Virus record (IMG/VR): IMGVR_UViG_3300020477_000024
Span: 1 to 61,164 of that record
Strand: one strand, 5' to 3'
DNA: 61,164 nucleotides
DNA from: a virus
Lineage: Duplodnaviria > Caudoviricetes
The position numbers and the translations under genes are program-made. The first letter of the stretch is position 1, and each line of letters begins with the position of its first letter. Below the pieces are notes generated by a model. The model had not been told where the DNA came from, did not search any database, and saw nothing but the letters and a program-made list of their open reading frames with translations. Positions 20,801-31,246 of the stretch are shown here, in pieces.

Positions 20801-23800
20801 TAGTACCTTGTGCGTTAAATCCATCATCAATATAAGGAATGCTATCAAAATCACCCTTTCTATTTTTAATCATTGGTCTGGATTTTGTAGATTTGAATGT
20901 ATCCCATTCTTTGATATAGACAACACCATTATATGTAACAGCATCAGTATTTCTCAAAGTTCTTTCAGCATTATAATTTAAGTTCTGAAGTTCTGCAAGA
21001 TGTGTATAAGGTAAAGTTACTACATTTTTTGCAGTTCCATTATACTCTCCCACAGTCAATGTTGTAACATCTGCTGGTGTTGTGTGATTGACCCTAGAAT
21101 GAGTTACAAGTGGTACAGATTCGACTTTATATCTTGGTCTTAACTCACCTTTTTGCATATCAATACTTGCAGAAAAATCTTTATCTGTTACATCTGCAAA
21201 ATTATGTCCAACAAAAGGATCACTAAAGGTATTTCTACGAATTCTCCCGACATTTAGATCATAATCCTTTGCGGATTTCTCTAAACTGGAAATAGCATCA
21301 AAATCTGTATCTCTTTGACCATCATCGAATAATGGTTGAACTACAATATCGTGTAAGTCATATGTGTAAGGTAGTAATTTAACATTATATAATGGAATTC
21401 CACCACTAGGATTGTCTGGTATAACTGGTTGAGAACTGGCAACACCAGATTTGACTCTTAACGTTCCATCTGCACCCAAATAAATTTTATCAATTCTACC
21501 ATAATATTGTACTATACCTGTCATACTCAAAGTTGCTTTATCAGGTACTGCCATTCCATTTGATCCACCACTATTAAAGGTATCATTCCCTGATTGGTCG
21601 TTTTTAACTGGTCTTAAATCAATGCAATCATTCAATCTGTATTTTTTACCAGTATTCACACTAGTATAAATTGGAACATCAGATAACCTATATGTAGTTC
21701 CACCATCAGCATTACTTACAAAAGGAACATTTCCATATGTGGTATTATTGCTCGTCTGAGCATCATTAACAGGATACGATTGTGCGTTAGTATAAATCCC
21801 TGCCCCTGATCCATAATACCAAAAAACGATCAAAACCCTTCCACTAGGAAATGGTTGATTATCCTTTAATCTAATTTGACCAAAATCAATATAATCATCA
21901 CGTTGACCTGTATCAAGTGTATATCTGCTTGTAATATCTGTTGCAGTTGATACTTGTGGAACCACATTAAATGCACTAGACATATACACTTTCCAACTAT
22001 ACGGATGAACATTAGTTTTTGAAAGTGAAATTACTGTTTTCTGTACATCTTTCTTTTCATTAAGTGCATCATATTGTTGACTAAGATCCCTTGAAGCTCT
22101 TGTTGCAGTAGCAATTTTAACAGTTGCCACAACCGTATAAGATTCAGTTGCTATAAAATTACTATTTGATACAGTCAATGTATCAGTATCTGCACCAGTT
22201 ATAGTCAGATCAGAACTGGAAAATAGAACATTAGGCCCACCACTAATATTATTATCTCTACCATAAACTAAAACACTAGTTGTATCAACAAAAGATTGAT
22301 TTGTCGCAGATATAGTTACAGTTTTCGTAGCACCACTGGTAACTGCATTAGCAGAAAAAGTTCTTCTAACCCTCGAAAAACTAAGTGTTCCTGATACACT
22401 TTCTATACCAGTATATGGCATTTCATGAAGTAATGCGTTCTTTTTAGTCTCTCTTAACGTGTTTAAGGCAACATCTTCACCACTAATTTCTCTTGTATTT
22501 TTGCTTCTATCAGTTTTTAAGTCGCAAATTTTAGTAGTAGATGCATATGATTGACCTACTGATGACCAACGATGCAATGCCGAGACTTCTGAGAATATTT
22601 CACCAGTTTTTAATTGAATATCGAATAAATAGATTTTAAAATCCAGACCATCTCGTTCTATTCCTCTAATTCTTGCTGTTCCGATAAACGAACCACTACC
22701 ACTCGCAGATCCTGTAGTTTTTGCAAAATGAACCAACGGATACATAGCACCACTTGCTGGTGCAAAATTTACTATTGAAGCAAATGTATCTGCATCTGCT
22801 TGCTGAGTTAAATTCCCATCCGTAATTACATAATTTCCTAGTTCAGCACCAGCATTAATAGTCGTAGAACTTTTGGTTATTGAAGTTCTCGGTTTATCAA
22901 TTGTAAGATAAGTTTTTTCTTTCAGTCTGACTTCCTTTCCGTCTATTTTTCCTATACCAGAAGACACACCAAATGATAATTTATTTCCATTACCAGATGC
23001 ACTAATCCCTGTAAGACCATTGACATCAGTTAAAGCAGATAAATTTTCACGCATCTCATAGTCAAAACCACTAACTACAATTCGTTCTTTACTATCACTG
23101 GTAGAATTCTTGAGATTAATTGACCCCTTTACAACTTCACAGACTTCTACAAATCCTTCAGTAGAATTTACAGTCAATGATCGTTTTGCCAATGTCAATT
23201 GTATTTTATGACGATCTGCGCCAGGAGCCTGATAATTATTGGATATAACAGCATTATCATTAAGTGATGTATCATCAGAAGATGTAGCAGTTGTTTCGGA
23301 AACATCAAACCCAATTTTATAGGAAGGTGAAGTGGTATATTTGTCAAGAATTATAGTCTGATTTGGTACATAGGTCGCAAATCCATTAATATAGTAAATA
23401 CCCGATTCTACCTGTGCTATCGAACCAGAACCAACATGTGTTGCTGGTGTGGTATAGGTAGATAACAACCCAACACGATTCCATGCAGTGGAAGAAATAG
23501 TTGTACCATCTGTAACTTCGTACAAATAATCATTAGTTGAAAAGGTACTAGATGTGGTTGTATTATCCAAATATGCAACATAAACAGTCAAAGATTCTAA
23601 ATTCGTAATATTTTTTGGTGCAACTGCAACAATCTTTGCCTTGACACCAGTTCCATTTTGAACATTAGTAATTACTTTGCCAACAATGCTAGTCGCAGTT
23701 TCACTAGAAGTCAAATCAGTTTGTAAGGAAACATAAGCAATATTTGTATAAATATTAATTTGACCAGATGATATTGATTCACCATTTTCATAGGTAGAAT

Positions 23801-23951
23801 GCTTATAGATCTGATCTTGTAAAATGGTTTGTGCTTGTGTTAATTCTCTTGCTTGAACCGCAAATTTCGGTTTAAACAAAATACGATGATACCCCTTAGT
23901 TTCATCAAAATCATCGTAATATGGTTGAATATTATAATCTTTTGTTGGCAT
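17844..23951 (-). CDS. Large virion structural protein (DUF4815 / VrlC-like)
   Basis: PYYDDFD....YHRILFKP..AVQARELTQ.Q.ILQ.Q and APGADR motifs typical of this T4-like protein. Confidence 0.85.
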   Translation of the reverse strand: MPTKDYNIQPYYDDFDETKGYHRILFKPKFAVQARELTQAQTILQDQIYKHSTYENGESISSGQINIYTNIAYVSLQTDLTSSETATSIVGKVITNVQNGTGVKAKIVAVAPKNITNLESLTVYVAYLDNTTTSSTFSTNDYLYEVTDGTTISSTAWNRVGLLSTYTTPATHVGSGSIAQVESGIYYINGFATYVPNQTIILDKYTTSPSYKIGFDVSETTATSSDDTSLNDNAVISNNYQAPGADRHKIQLTLAKRSLTVNSTEGFVEVCEVVKGSINLKNSTSDSKERIVVSGFDYEMRENLSALTDVNGLTGISASGNGNKLSFGVSSGIGKIDGKEVRLKEKTYLTIDKPRTSITKSSTTINAGAELGNYVITDGNLTQQADADTFASIVNFAPASGAMYPLVHFAKTTGSASGSGSFIGTARIRGIERDGLDFKIYLFDIQLKTGEIFSEVSALHRWSSVGQSYASTTKICDLKTDRSKNTREISGEDVALNTLRETKKNALLHEMPYTGIESVSGTLSFSRVRRTFSANAVTSGATKTVTISATNQSFVDTTSVLVYGRDNNISGGPNVLFSSSDLTITGADTDTLTVSNSNFIATESYTVVATVKIATATRASRDLSQQYDALNEKKDVQKTVISLSKTNVHPYSWKVYMSSAFNVVPQVSTATDITSRYTLDTGQRDDYIDFGQIRLKDNQPFPSGRVLIVFWYYGSGAGIYTNAQSYPVNDAQTSNNTTYGNVPFVSNADGGTTYRLSDVPIYTSVNTGKKYRLNDCIDLRPVKNDQSGNDTFNSGGSNGMAVPDKATLSMTGIVQYYGRIDKIYLGADGTLRVKSGVASSQPVIPDNPSGGIPLYNVKLLPYTYDLHDIVVQPLFDDGQRDTDFDAISSLEKSAKDYDLNVGRIRRNTFSDPFVGHNFADVTDKDFSASIDMQKGELRPRYKVESVPLVTHSRVNHTTPADVTTLTVGEYNGTAKNVVTLPYTHLAELQNLNYNAERTLRNTDAVTYNGVVYIKEWDTFKSTKSRPMIKNRKGDFDSIPYIDDGFNAQGTIWNEWETEWYGVKDSHIADPKLDMNYNELDKSPNYYNVTGKEINDKTVEGNYVPYIRSKTITINAYGLKPNCAITSVKFDGIEISTYLTPTGSLYTDNNGKFSKTYIIPNSDEGVGSTKFTTGSKKIVISGNDNYAEGYYHAVGLFDDEGYLTKPYDLSWDDQTNESMFQEFEIFEETCITKLDLYFTAEDLFDRAVTVQIRKMENGKPSNKVLPYSIVSKIPTDFVAFSTGTAVTFTFDETIYLKRGKYAIGIVTPSVEYKIQTLKTEQNKGSKGTGIGNLFIGGQKITDEILRFSLYRAKFNAYPDDAIIKSTLSNPVLNPNPLKTQLWSSNSDATLVVDHEGHGFSAGDTVNFSNIQGRTEHDLFVTGELTFTAGEIVYNRASAFSPENDNVYTVPYGRVITFDNTKKTMSIATESGGWNVGDHVIGVSSGTDVVVANDGVYEVKRLKGLHLGAVTDAPVNGSNNGAGYTASSATGIGEATTNVSGASGGTGNGTGLRVKISVGGGGAITGTPEVIFGGYGYETDDVVAVSGGTTTAQLKVTARGVTVDDHTVMSSGLTADRYSMGGSNLVTLGSSGYAQNENNVTVKNARRRADIIRYNAKQFVPDGTSLSWVESDSTALSTTDSVDVNTNIPYTQPRTLTTDAVLKLTMSGNTSNDRLSPIFDISSANTLIVSHLASSSNYISRKVELEESANSVFVVFDALLSKGNAINVYAKTMESSSQTTFDSVFTDKLQTDISSSATTVNLVENELFTIGDVISIGEEQMLVTGTGSGLTVTRGYNQTVSSAHFATDIVSKDAVIWSSLSQVGTTFDADFPEYKKMVYSLDNISDFAILQLKINMTASNYSMPVKIRNLKVIPNYKDDSLKPMQTKTVISNVTGITNTDFGSVANTIEEIPTNFVVEEATAFLTEVKNSTTQSTILQLADGDVEILRGNDGKVTPLNTTNNTGCTVRFKSTAGTLSAGHSDGKRMVAVVILTGRRV

Positions 23952-23963
23952 ATCTTATTCCCT

Positions 23964-25169
23964 TTAAAACTGAAGTACTATTCTTAATGTATCAGTGTTA
24001 CTTGCATTCCTTGTAATTGTTGCTCTTTTGTCTATATATAAAATCCGACCACTATATTTTAACATATTAGAAGTTATATACGAACCACCACTTGCTCTTG
24101 TACCAGAAGATATTGTTGTACCAGATGCTAAAACATCATCCTGACTGCTACCAGAAATAATTGGATCGAGAATCAATCCAACTGTAGCATATCTAGGAAT
24201 TTCTCCAGAACCCGTTCCTACTGTGAGATCCCCATTGGTTATTTTTGCAGTTACCATTACATCTTTAGCACCCAATTCTCTTTCTGCATCAAATCCATGT
24301 CCACTTATTGGACTTATAACAGCAGACAAACTATTATCAGTTACATTATTAACCTTTACTGCTGATACCTCTCTATATCCCGATCCTTCACTCAAACCAG
24401 AAGATTGAGTATCCACATATCTTTTATTTGTACCACCAATCTGTGCAATTTTCCCTGCAAAACTACTGCCTGTTGTTGAAGTTAGTGTTACATTTTCACC
24501 GACTGTATAATTAGCAAAACTTGCTGAATGTGTAATTATATCAACCGCACCATCTACCGCATCAACTTGTACATTCCATTGTCTGAGATTTATTGTATCA
24601 CTCGGTTTTGTTTTCAAAGTCTGAACTGGCATCCACTTAAAATTAGTGTCTGTCGTATAAAAAACACTCGTATCTGAAAACGAATACATATATTTCCAGA
24701 AGTAACCATCTCCTGCGGTATTTCTAATCAATGCAGAAGTGGTTGACCAATCATCGTTTGATGATCCAGTTGTAGAAGTTGCATCTGAATTATTAAACAA
24801 GCACTTATATACATCTATATAAGACCCACTATCCCTAAATGCAACAAAAGGATTTGACGGGGATGTAAACAGATCAGTGCTATGCGAATATTGAGCATAT
24901 CCCTGTCCAGAACTCCATTCCTTAATCGCAGTTCCAGTTCCATGTGGTACAACCATTGATACATCTGATGAAGTAATTCTTTTAAAACCAGCTGCACTAT
25001 CCCAAAAACTTTTCATATCAGAAAAACCCGTAAAAGTCGGTGTTGTTGCAGTCTGTGATTCGGCAGTATTCCCTATAACCGCATAAATTCTGTGCGTATT
25101 TCCCTTGACCAATTCCATGAACTGCCTTGCCAATGAATGAGAATATTCTCTTGTTATTATTTCTCCCAT
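23964..25169 (-). CDS. gp8: Baseplate wedge subunit gp8
   Basis: VYKCL.N, GDGYFWKYMY, ISP..GHG....ELGA, YSG.ILY..R..I.R, and C-terminal IVLQF. Confidence 0.85.
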   Translation of the reverse strand: MGEIITREYSHSLARQFMELVKGNTHRIYAVIGNTAESQTATTPTFTGFSDMKSFWDSAAGFKRITSSDVSMVVPHGTGTAIKEWSSGQGYAQYSHSTDLFTSPSNPFVAFRDSGSYIDVYKCLFNNSDATSTTGSSNDDWSTTSALIRNTAGDGYFWKYMYSFSDTSVFYTTDTNFKWMPVQTLKTKPSDTINLRQWNVQVDAVDGAVDIITHSASFANYTVGENVTLTSTTGSSFAGKIAQIGGTNKRYVDTQSSGLSEGSGYREVSAVKVNNVTDNSLSAVISPISGHGFDAERELGAKDVMVTAKITNGDLTVGTGSGEIPRYATVGLILDPIISGSSQDDVLASGTTISSGTRASGGSYITSNMLKYSGRILYIDKRATITRNASNTDTLRIVLQF

Positions 25170-25180
25170 TATTCTATTCC

Positions 25181-26956
25181 TTATGGTGATGCATTTACTA
25201 CCGTAGTTGATGTATCTGTTGTAATTGTTTTTGTCGTATCAATCAAATAATCAGCAAAAACTTTCATTCCTGCTGGATGGGTGAATTTCTTCAATTGTTC
25301 TTTCCAAATCTCAGGTGGTTCTGAAGCACTAACTACATACGACCACCATGTGAAATAATCAGCATCTGTAATGGCAACTTCACCTTGACTTGGATTTGAT
25401 TTAAATCTTGTATATTCCCCACCGTATGTTATTTCTGCTCCATAAGTAACCGTACCAACTGCCCTAATATCATTAGTTCCTGATGATGTATCCCTAAATG
25501 TAACAGTTGAACTGGAACTAGCAAGTCCATATCTAATTATTTCCAATTCTTCTATTCCACCAATATCTGAACCATGTGGTTGTAAACTATCCGTAGATGA
25601 ATTTGTAATATACATCTTTGGTAATGATGTATAACCAACGCCAGGCGATATTATATTCGATTTTGTTCCTGTTGTTGATTCGGCAGTTGCTGTAACTTCA
25701 CAAACTTTCACTATTTTGTCTGCTCTCATTCTAATATTTTCGTTTTTGGTCTTAGTGTCTAAATCATAGTAATATATTTCTTCTGAAGAATATTCACCAC
25801 CCTTGACATGATCGGTTTTAAATGTTCCAGTGATGTTATCTATCCAGTATTTATTCTCCCCAAACGTATTGTCTTTGAATCTCAAGACAGCAGTTGCACC
25901 ACTTTCTGCACCAATTATTCCTTTTCCTACAACAAAAGTTCCTTCCATACCATACACAGTTAAATAATCATTGACAAAATTAATAACGGAATTATCTGCA
26001 CCAGTTGTAACCTTTATTCCATCAATTCCACCTTTGGTTAATTTTTTTATTCTTGCTTCACTATTTGTCGATGACCCAAATGTTACTACATCATCTAAAT
26101 AATAACCACTTCCACCATTGGATGCATCTGTAAAATTTACACCTTGAATAGAATTTTGTACAATTGCTTTTAATTGTATGGTTGTTCCTGTTTTATAAAC
26201 AGGTGAACCCTCTTCAGTTTCTGCTAATAAAATCTCCCCTGCACTGAAAGTGCCTGACTGCGTAGGTTTGTCAATACCCAATTCTTTATAATTGATAGTT
26301 CCGATCCCTACATCACCCACTTCCGAAACTACAGATTTTGCACCAGAAGTTTGCCCCACCATATAGTAACCTTTAAATTGTGCCATATCACTAGCACTCA
26401 AAGTACTATCTGCCAAAACTCTAATTACACTCTTTTTCTCCCAATCATTATCATTAGTCGTAAAAACATGATCCTGTTTCATTACAACCTTTGAAACTTT
26501 ATCGAAAACAATATCAAAATACATTCTAAAAGCAGGGATCGTACCTCTAGCACGATTTAAATCTTTCATTCTCTTAACTAATTTTCTTCTATCTGCTAAA
26601 ACATCCATTGGCAAATCTGGATTAAATTCTGATCTGATATATCGAAGTAATGTTTCTTTAGCATTATCCACATCTTTCATATATTCAAGATTGATTATAG
26701 CATTCCACAAATTCCCATCTTCTGGACGTAAATGTGAAATCATAAAATCTTTATATGCCTTGATGGACTCTCTATTTAAATCACTGATAGTTGCTGGATA
26801 AGATTTTTCCAACCATTCATAATAAAGTTGCATAAATCGACCAAATTTAGAAATATTTGTACCAGCAAACTTATCATAATGCAATTCCACATAAAGTGGA
26901 AGTTGCGACTCAATGAAACTTGATATGGTCTTTTTTATTTTTTCGTTATGTAACAT
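25181..26956 (-). CDS. gp7: Baseplate wedge initiator, gp7-like
   Basis: IESQLP, F...YYEWLE, RARGT, D..YF..WSYV and HPAGMKVF motifs; lies between gp6 and gp8. Confidence 0.75.
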   Translation of the reverse strand: MLHNEKIKKTISSFIESQLPLYVELHYDKFAGTNISKFGRFMQLYYEWLEKSYPATISDLNRESIKAYKDFMISHLRPEDGNLWNAIINLEYMKDVDNAKETLLRYIRSEFNPDLPMDVLADRRKLVKRMKDLNRARGTIPAFRMYFDIVFDKVSKVVMKQDHVFTTNDNDWEKKSVIRVLADSTLSASDMAQFKGYYMVGQTSGAKSVVSEVGDVGIGTINYKELGIDKPTQSGTFSAGEILLAETEEGSPVYKTGTTIQLKAIVQNSIQGVNFTDASNGGSGYYLDDVVTFGSSTNSEARIKKLTKGGIDGIKVTTGADNSVINFVNDYLTVYGMEGTFVVGKGIIGAESGATAVLRFKDNTFGENKYWIDNITGTFKTDHVKGGEYSSEEIYYYDLDTKTKNENIRMRADKIVKVCEVTATAESTTGTKSNIISPGVGYTSLPKMYITNSSTDSLQPHGSDIGGIEELEIIRYGLASSSSTVTFRDTSSGTNDIRAVGTVTYGAEITYGGEYTRFKSNPSQGEVAITDADYFTWWSYVVSASEPPEIWKEQLKKFTHPAGMKVFADYLIDTTKTITTDTSTTVVNASP

Positions 26957-28799
26957 CTTCCACCATACTTACCGATATATCGGCATCTTGAATAGTTACT
27001 ACTTGTCCTTTTACGACATGAACATCGTCCTCGTCTACATCAACTGTAATATAGACATAATCCAAACCTGATACAATAGTTCTTATACTCATAGAATTTA
27101 TAACAACTTTTCCTGTTGTATAATCTATTGTACCAACATTTGAAATTATTTTTTGTCCATCTGATGATGATCCAGAAGAATCTACCAAATCTAAATTGCC
27201 CAAAGAATCATCTTTGAGAGAAACGGTATAGTCATATCCCAAATCAGTACAAACTGTAAATTTATCAGAAGTAACCGTACCTTTCAGCAAGGATGTACTA
27301 TATTTCAATATATAACCAAACGACTTCTTTAATGGTGGTTTGATGCGTTTTTTCAACTTGATTTTTGTTACATTGCTTTTTATTGCTTCGTCTGTATCAT
27401 CAATTAGACCAACCAATACAGAATGTCTAAATGCACTATCAAAGGAATTGATATAAGTGTTATTATAGGATGAAATGGTCGATTTTATATTATCAGAAAG
27501 TGCTTCTTTAGGATTTATTGACAAGGTAGTATCATAATATGCTGTTGTGTTGACAATTACAAATGTATAATCTGGATCAACAATTTTAGGTTGGATTGAC
27601 ATTACTTTATATTTTTTCAAAATATCCAATAAATCTTTTTTAGAAACATCAGTCAAAGTTAGTCCAGTTATGGGTCGAACTGCAATATAAACTGATCCAT
27701 AATCAATTGGATCGTTATCCTCACCACCCCATGTTACGACAGAACTAGCATTTGTATATTTATTGAGAACTATGGTTTTATAATCTTCTGTTGTAACTGC
27801 TCTATCCTGTGCTTTGAACGATTTTGGTGCATTGTATTTGATAGATTCTAGTGTCTCCGCACCAGTACCACCAGTTGCTGGATTAGTAACTGAGGTTACA
27901 ACCGTAGGGTTGGAACTGGAATTGCTATATGATAATGTAGATGCCATTGTAAACGATCTAGCATCTGTAGCATCATTTCCACCAGCACCATTAGCAGATG
28001 CACCTTTAGAAGACATATATTCCATTTCTACAATATACCCTTCCTCTAATTTTGCACCTAACGCACCATCACCAAAATAAACTTCAAATTTTCCATCTTC
28101 AACTTCTTGTAGGAAGTAAACTTTAGAGGTAGATTTTAAATCTGCAACATTATCATATAAAGTATATATGTCATAAATCGTATCTGTTGCATTAGTCAAA
28201 ACTTTAACTACTAATGTACTAGTGTCTACAGTAGGATCTGGAATAACATATTTCTCCTCTAAACCTGTTTGATTAACCGTATATGACATTGTACCCAATT
28301 TTCCTTCTTTTAAAACTACATTTGGTAGGGTAAATGTCCTAGTATCATTAGATGTATTATCGACATAACTTGTTGCTGTATACGCCGTAGTTGTATAAAA
28401 ATCATAACTAACATCATCTACTTTAGTAGTAAATTTAGTGTTCTTTGGAACACTTATTGAAGAAGGCCAATTGCTATTAGTCGATTCGGTTGCAACAATA
28501 GACAATGAAACTGTGGCAGATGCAGAAGAAACAGATTTTGGTACATATCCAAGATGTTTTGCGATTGAAACCGCAGAACTTCTTCTCGAAGCACTGTCCA
28601 AAAACATTTCATTTGCTACCATATTGACATAATATGCCATATAATGGGTATTATAGGCAAGCATATCCATCAAAACATTTAACCCTGAACCTGTAAAATC
28701 GTAATCCGTAAACTCGGATTGACTTTTCATGAAAGAGACAAGATTTGATTTGATGGTATCGAAATCTAATTCCGTTACTCGTAATTTACTATTTTGCAT
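26946..28799 (-). CDS. gp6: Baseplate wedge subunit gp6
   Basis: ELDFD.IK, DYDF.GS, LAYNTHY, E.FLDSA, FGDG and QDRAVT..DY motifs. Confidence 0.93.
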   Translation of the reverse strand: MQNSKLRVTELDFDTIKSNLVSFMKSQSEFTDYDFTGSGLNVLMDMLAYNTHYMAYYVNMVANEMFLDSASRRSSAVSIAKHLGYVPKSVSSASATVSLSIVATESTNSNWPSSISVPKNTKFTTKVDDVSYDFYTTTAYTATSYVDNTSNDTRTFTLPNVVLKEGKLGTMSYTVNQTGLEEKYVIPDPTVDTSTLVVKVLTNATDTIYDIYTLYDNVADLKSTSKVYFLQEVEDGKFEVYFGDGALGAKLEEGYIVEMEYMSSKGASANGAGGNDATDARSFTMASTLSYSNSSSNPTVVTSVTNPATGGTGAETLESIKYNAPKSFKAQDRAVTTEDYKTIVLNKYTNASSVVTWGGEDNDPIDYGSVYIAVRPITGLTLTDVSKKDLLDILKKYKVMSIQPKIVDPDYTFVIVNTTAYYDTTLSINPKEALSDNIKSTISSYNNTYINSFDSAFRHSVLVGLIDDTDEAIKSNVTKIKLKKRIKPPLKKSFGYILKYSTSLLKGTVTSDKFTVCTDLGYDYTVSLKDDSLGNLDLVDSSGSSSDGQKIISNVGTIDYTTGKVVINSMSIRTIVSGLDYVYITVDVDEDDVHVVKGQVVTIQDADISVSMVEDVT

Positions 28800-28800
28800 T

Positions 28801-29226
28801 TTATCTTAACCACTCCAAGAAAAAGTCTATGGTTATTGGGTCGGGGTCATTAATAAGCACAAAAGTTATTGAAATTTCATACCCATTTTTATCATAATCA
28901 GAAAAGCAATCAACCATTTTAACAACTGCTCTGGGTTCAAATGTATTTATAATATTCTCAATAGTGGATTTGATAGTCATTGTTGTTGTGGGTTCTATAT
29001 TATCAAACAACGAATTATAAACTTTTGAACCAATTTGCGGTTGAAATGGTCTTTCCTTTATTCGACTCAATACTAAATTTTTTACACTTTGCTTTATTGC
29101 AGAATCACCTTTTTTTGTTAGAATATCTTTAGTAAAGGGATTCAATCCAAAATTTAAATCTATATCAATATATTTTCTAGTTTGATATTTTAAATTTTCC
29201 TTCTCTGATTGATAATTGACTGACAT
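28801..29226 (-). CDS. gp25: Baseplate wedge subunit gp25
   Basis: DIDL.F..NP.T.D, AIKQSVKNL, ERPF.P.IGS and FEPR motifs. Confidence 0.92.
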   Translation of the reverse strand: MSVNYQSEKENLKYQTRKYIDIDLNFGLNPFTKDILTKKGDSAIKQSVKNLVLSRIKERPFQPQIGSKVYNSLFDNIEPTTTMTIKSTIENIINTFEPRAVVKMVDCFSDYDKNGYEISITFVLINDPDPITIDFFLEWLR

Positions 29227-29230
29227 TTTT

Positions 29231-29653
29231 TTATTCTCCTATCATAACCGAAAGAGAAACACCAAATATTATTTTCGATCCACAGACTATTGGATCACCT
29301 AATCTGGCAGTTTGAACTCCATTAGTTTTTACAGTTTTGCTTCCTTCGGATGTATGTGGCAAAAAACCACCTTTATATGCAGCTGCATTGTTTACTAATT
29401 CTGGTGTAAAAGGAGCTGATAGACTAATATGAGGTAGTCTTACATCATATTGACGATGTATCCCCACACATTTTCCCATAAAACCAACTTTGACAGTACT
29501 TGTTGCTGAATATATATTCATTGGTGAACGTGTAGTTTCTCCAAATGGTGCTGGTGGCATCATTGCTGGTGTAGGTGGATAAGGCCCATGTCCAGAATCC
29601 AGATTTCCCCAAACAGCAACGGGTCTTGATATTTCTAACTTCGGAAGTCTCAT
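29231..29653 (-). CDS. PAAR-type spike tip protein (gp5.4-like)
   Basis: D.GHG.YPPT and GSKTV..NG...ARLGDPI.CG motifs. Confidence 0.75.
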   Translation of the reverse strand: MRLPKLEISRPVAVWGNLDSGHGPYPPTPAMMPPAPFGETTRSPMNIYSATSTVKVGFMGKCVGIHRQYDVRLPHISLSAPFTPELVNNAAAYKGGFLPHTSEGSKTVKTNGVQTARLGDPIVCGSKIIFGVSLSVMIGE

Positions 29654-30960
29654 ACATTATTCTCCGTATTCAATTCTATATTTGATGATAAAGAATTTCC
29701 TGATACATTTCTGATAAAAGTAATATTACCATCAACTGCAATATCTGCTTCTGTTGTATCATTTTTTATAAGATCTAATTCGGCATATGAAATAACAATA
29801 TTTTTTGCAGTTCCATTATTCTTAGTTAAAGGCAACTGAAAAAGTGTTATATACGAAGCATTTGGTGTATCACCATAATAATAAACTACCGAATTTTTGT
29901 TATATGTGCTATAATTCCCCTGATATGGCATCTCATATCTAGTTTGTTGAATCATCTCATCCCTGATAGCATCATAATTTCGTCTAACATTAAGTGAAAA
30001 TTCTTTTGTTTCGCAATAACCAGTGCCAGAAGCAGAACAAAGACCTAAAGTAAACGTACAAGTTTCCACATCATTATCAGAAATTGCTTGTGGATACCTA
30101 ACCCTAACTTCATCAAATGTCGCAACGGTACAACCATCATTAGAAATCAATTTCCCCTTCCAATCTTTATCGTGTTTTGTTTTATTAAACTCGTCAACAT
30201 CTATTCTCTTATCATGATATTTAAATATTTTTAAATCATCAGTCATTTCATCAACCACAAATCTTGTTCGGTTCTCACAATTTATAGTATATGTTTCAAT
30301 GCATTTTAATGTAGTTGAATCTTTAGTTACATCATCTATGATCCAATCACAGACGCAAAACTGATTACTTGATTCTGCATATTGGATATTACGAAATTCT
30401 ATTTCCCTTCCTTTATATAAATCTTCAAAACTCACTTCACTCTGTGATTTTTTCATTTGCTCGTAAACAACATTTTGAGATTCTACCTCAAGATGGCAAG
30501 AAATATTTCCTGTCAAATTATCAGAAGTGGCATAACCCTCGATTACAAAATTTCCATTTTCATTGGTTTTAAGTTCCAAACCTTTGGGTAAAGAACCAGC
30601 CGTTACTTCTATACATTCATCCGTCTTTCCGCTTATATTATAACACAATTCTTTGCAAAATTTCAAAGTATCCAATGCTCTTGTATCAGCAAAACTCGGT
30701 TTTACCATCACATCATCAATACGATAACCACCCTCACGAAAAACATTTATATTTTCGTTATTCAAAATACTAGTTGTAAAGGCAGTTAAAAAATCACCTA
30801 CAGTCGCAGAATCACCAGTAGAAGAAAACATAAAAGAAATCGGAACATTCACAGAAGTTCCATCTAATTTAAGAAAGGAAACATATAATATATTACTTAT
30901 ATTGGTCAAATTGAGAGATTGAGTGCTTCCATCTTGCAATGAAAAAGTTATATCAGGCAT
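29650..30960 (-). CDS. Hypothetical baseplate-region protein
   Basis: 436 aa, coupled to its neighbours; GSLPKGL.L Ig-like motif. Confidence 0.65.
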   Translation of the reverse strand: MPDITFSLQDGSTQSLNLTNISNILYVSFLKLDGTSVNVPISFMFSSTGDSATVGDFLTAFTTSILNNENINVFREGGYRIDDVMVKPSFADTRALDTLKFCKELCYNISGKTDECIEVTAGSLPKGLELKTNENGNFVIEGYATSDNLTGNISCHLEVESQNVVYEQMKKSQSEVSFEDLYKGREIEFRNIQYAESSNQFCVCDWIIDDVTKDSTTLKCIETYTINCENRTRFVVDEMTDDLKIFKYHDKRIDVDEFNKTKHDKDWKGKLISNDGCTVATFDEVRVRYPQAISDNDVETCTFTLGLCSASGTGYCETKEFSLNVRRNYDAIRDEMIQQTRYEMPYQGNYSTYNKNSVVYYYGDTPNASYITLFQLPLTKNNGTAKNIVISYAELDLIKNDTTEADIAVDGNITFIRNVSGNSLSSNIELNTENNV

Positions 30961-31246
30961 CTGTATCGAAAATCATCTCCCCATCCTCATCCTGTGCTGG
31001 ATTTAACCAAATAGAATATGGATGGTTGATCCTTTCGTCCTCTTTTAGACCACTTTTGATTATAACATGCTTATCACAATCAATTTCAACATTTCCTCTA
31101 AATTTCAATACCATATCAGTATTAAATACAATCCGATTGTTTTCTTCATCATATTCTATAATATTTTTGTCTACTAACGTAGAAATTGCATCTATGACTT
31201 CACGATCTATTTCATTAAATATTTTTAGTAACTTTTGCATTAACAA
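30953..31246 (-). CDS. Hypothetical protein
   Basis: 97 aa, overlapping the gp5 stop and the next start. Confidence 0.65.
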   Translation of the reverse strand: MLMQKLLKIFNEIDREVIDAISTLVDKNIIEYDEENNRIVFNTDMVLKFRGNVEIDCDKHVIIKSGLKEDERINHPYSIWLNPAQDEDGEMIFDTDA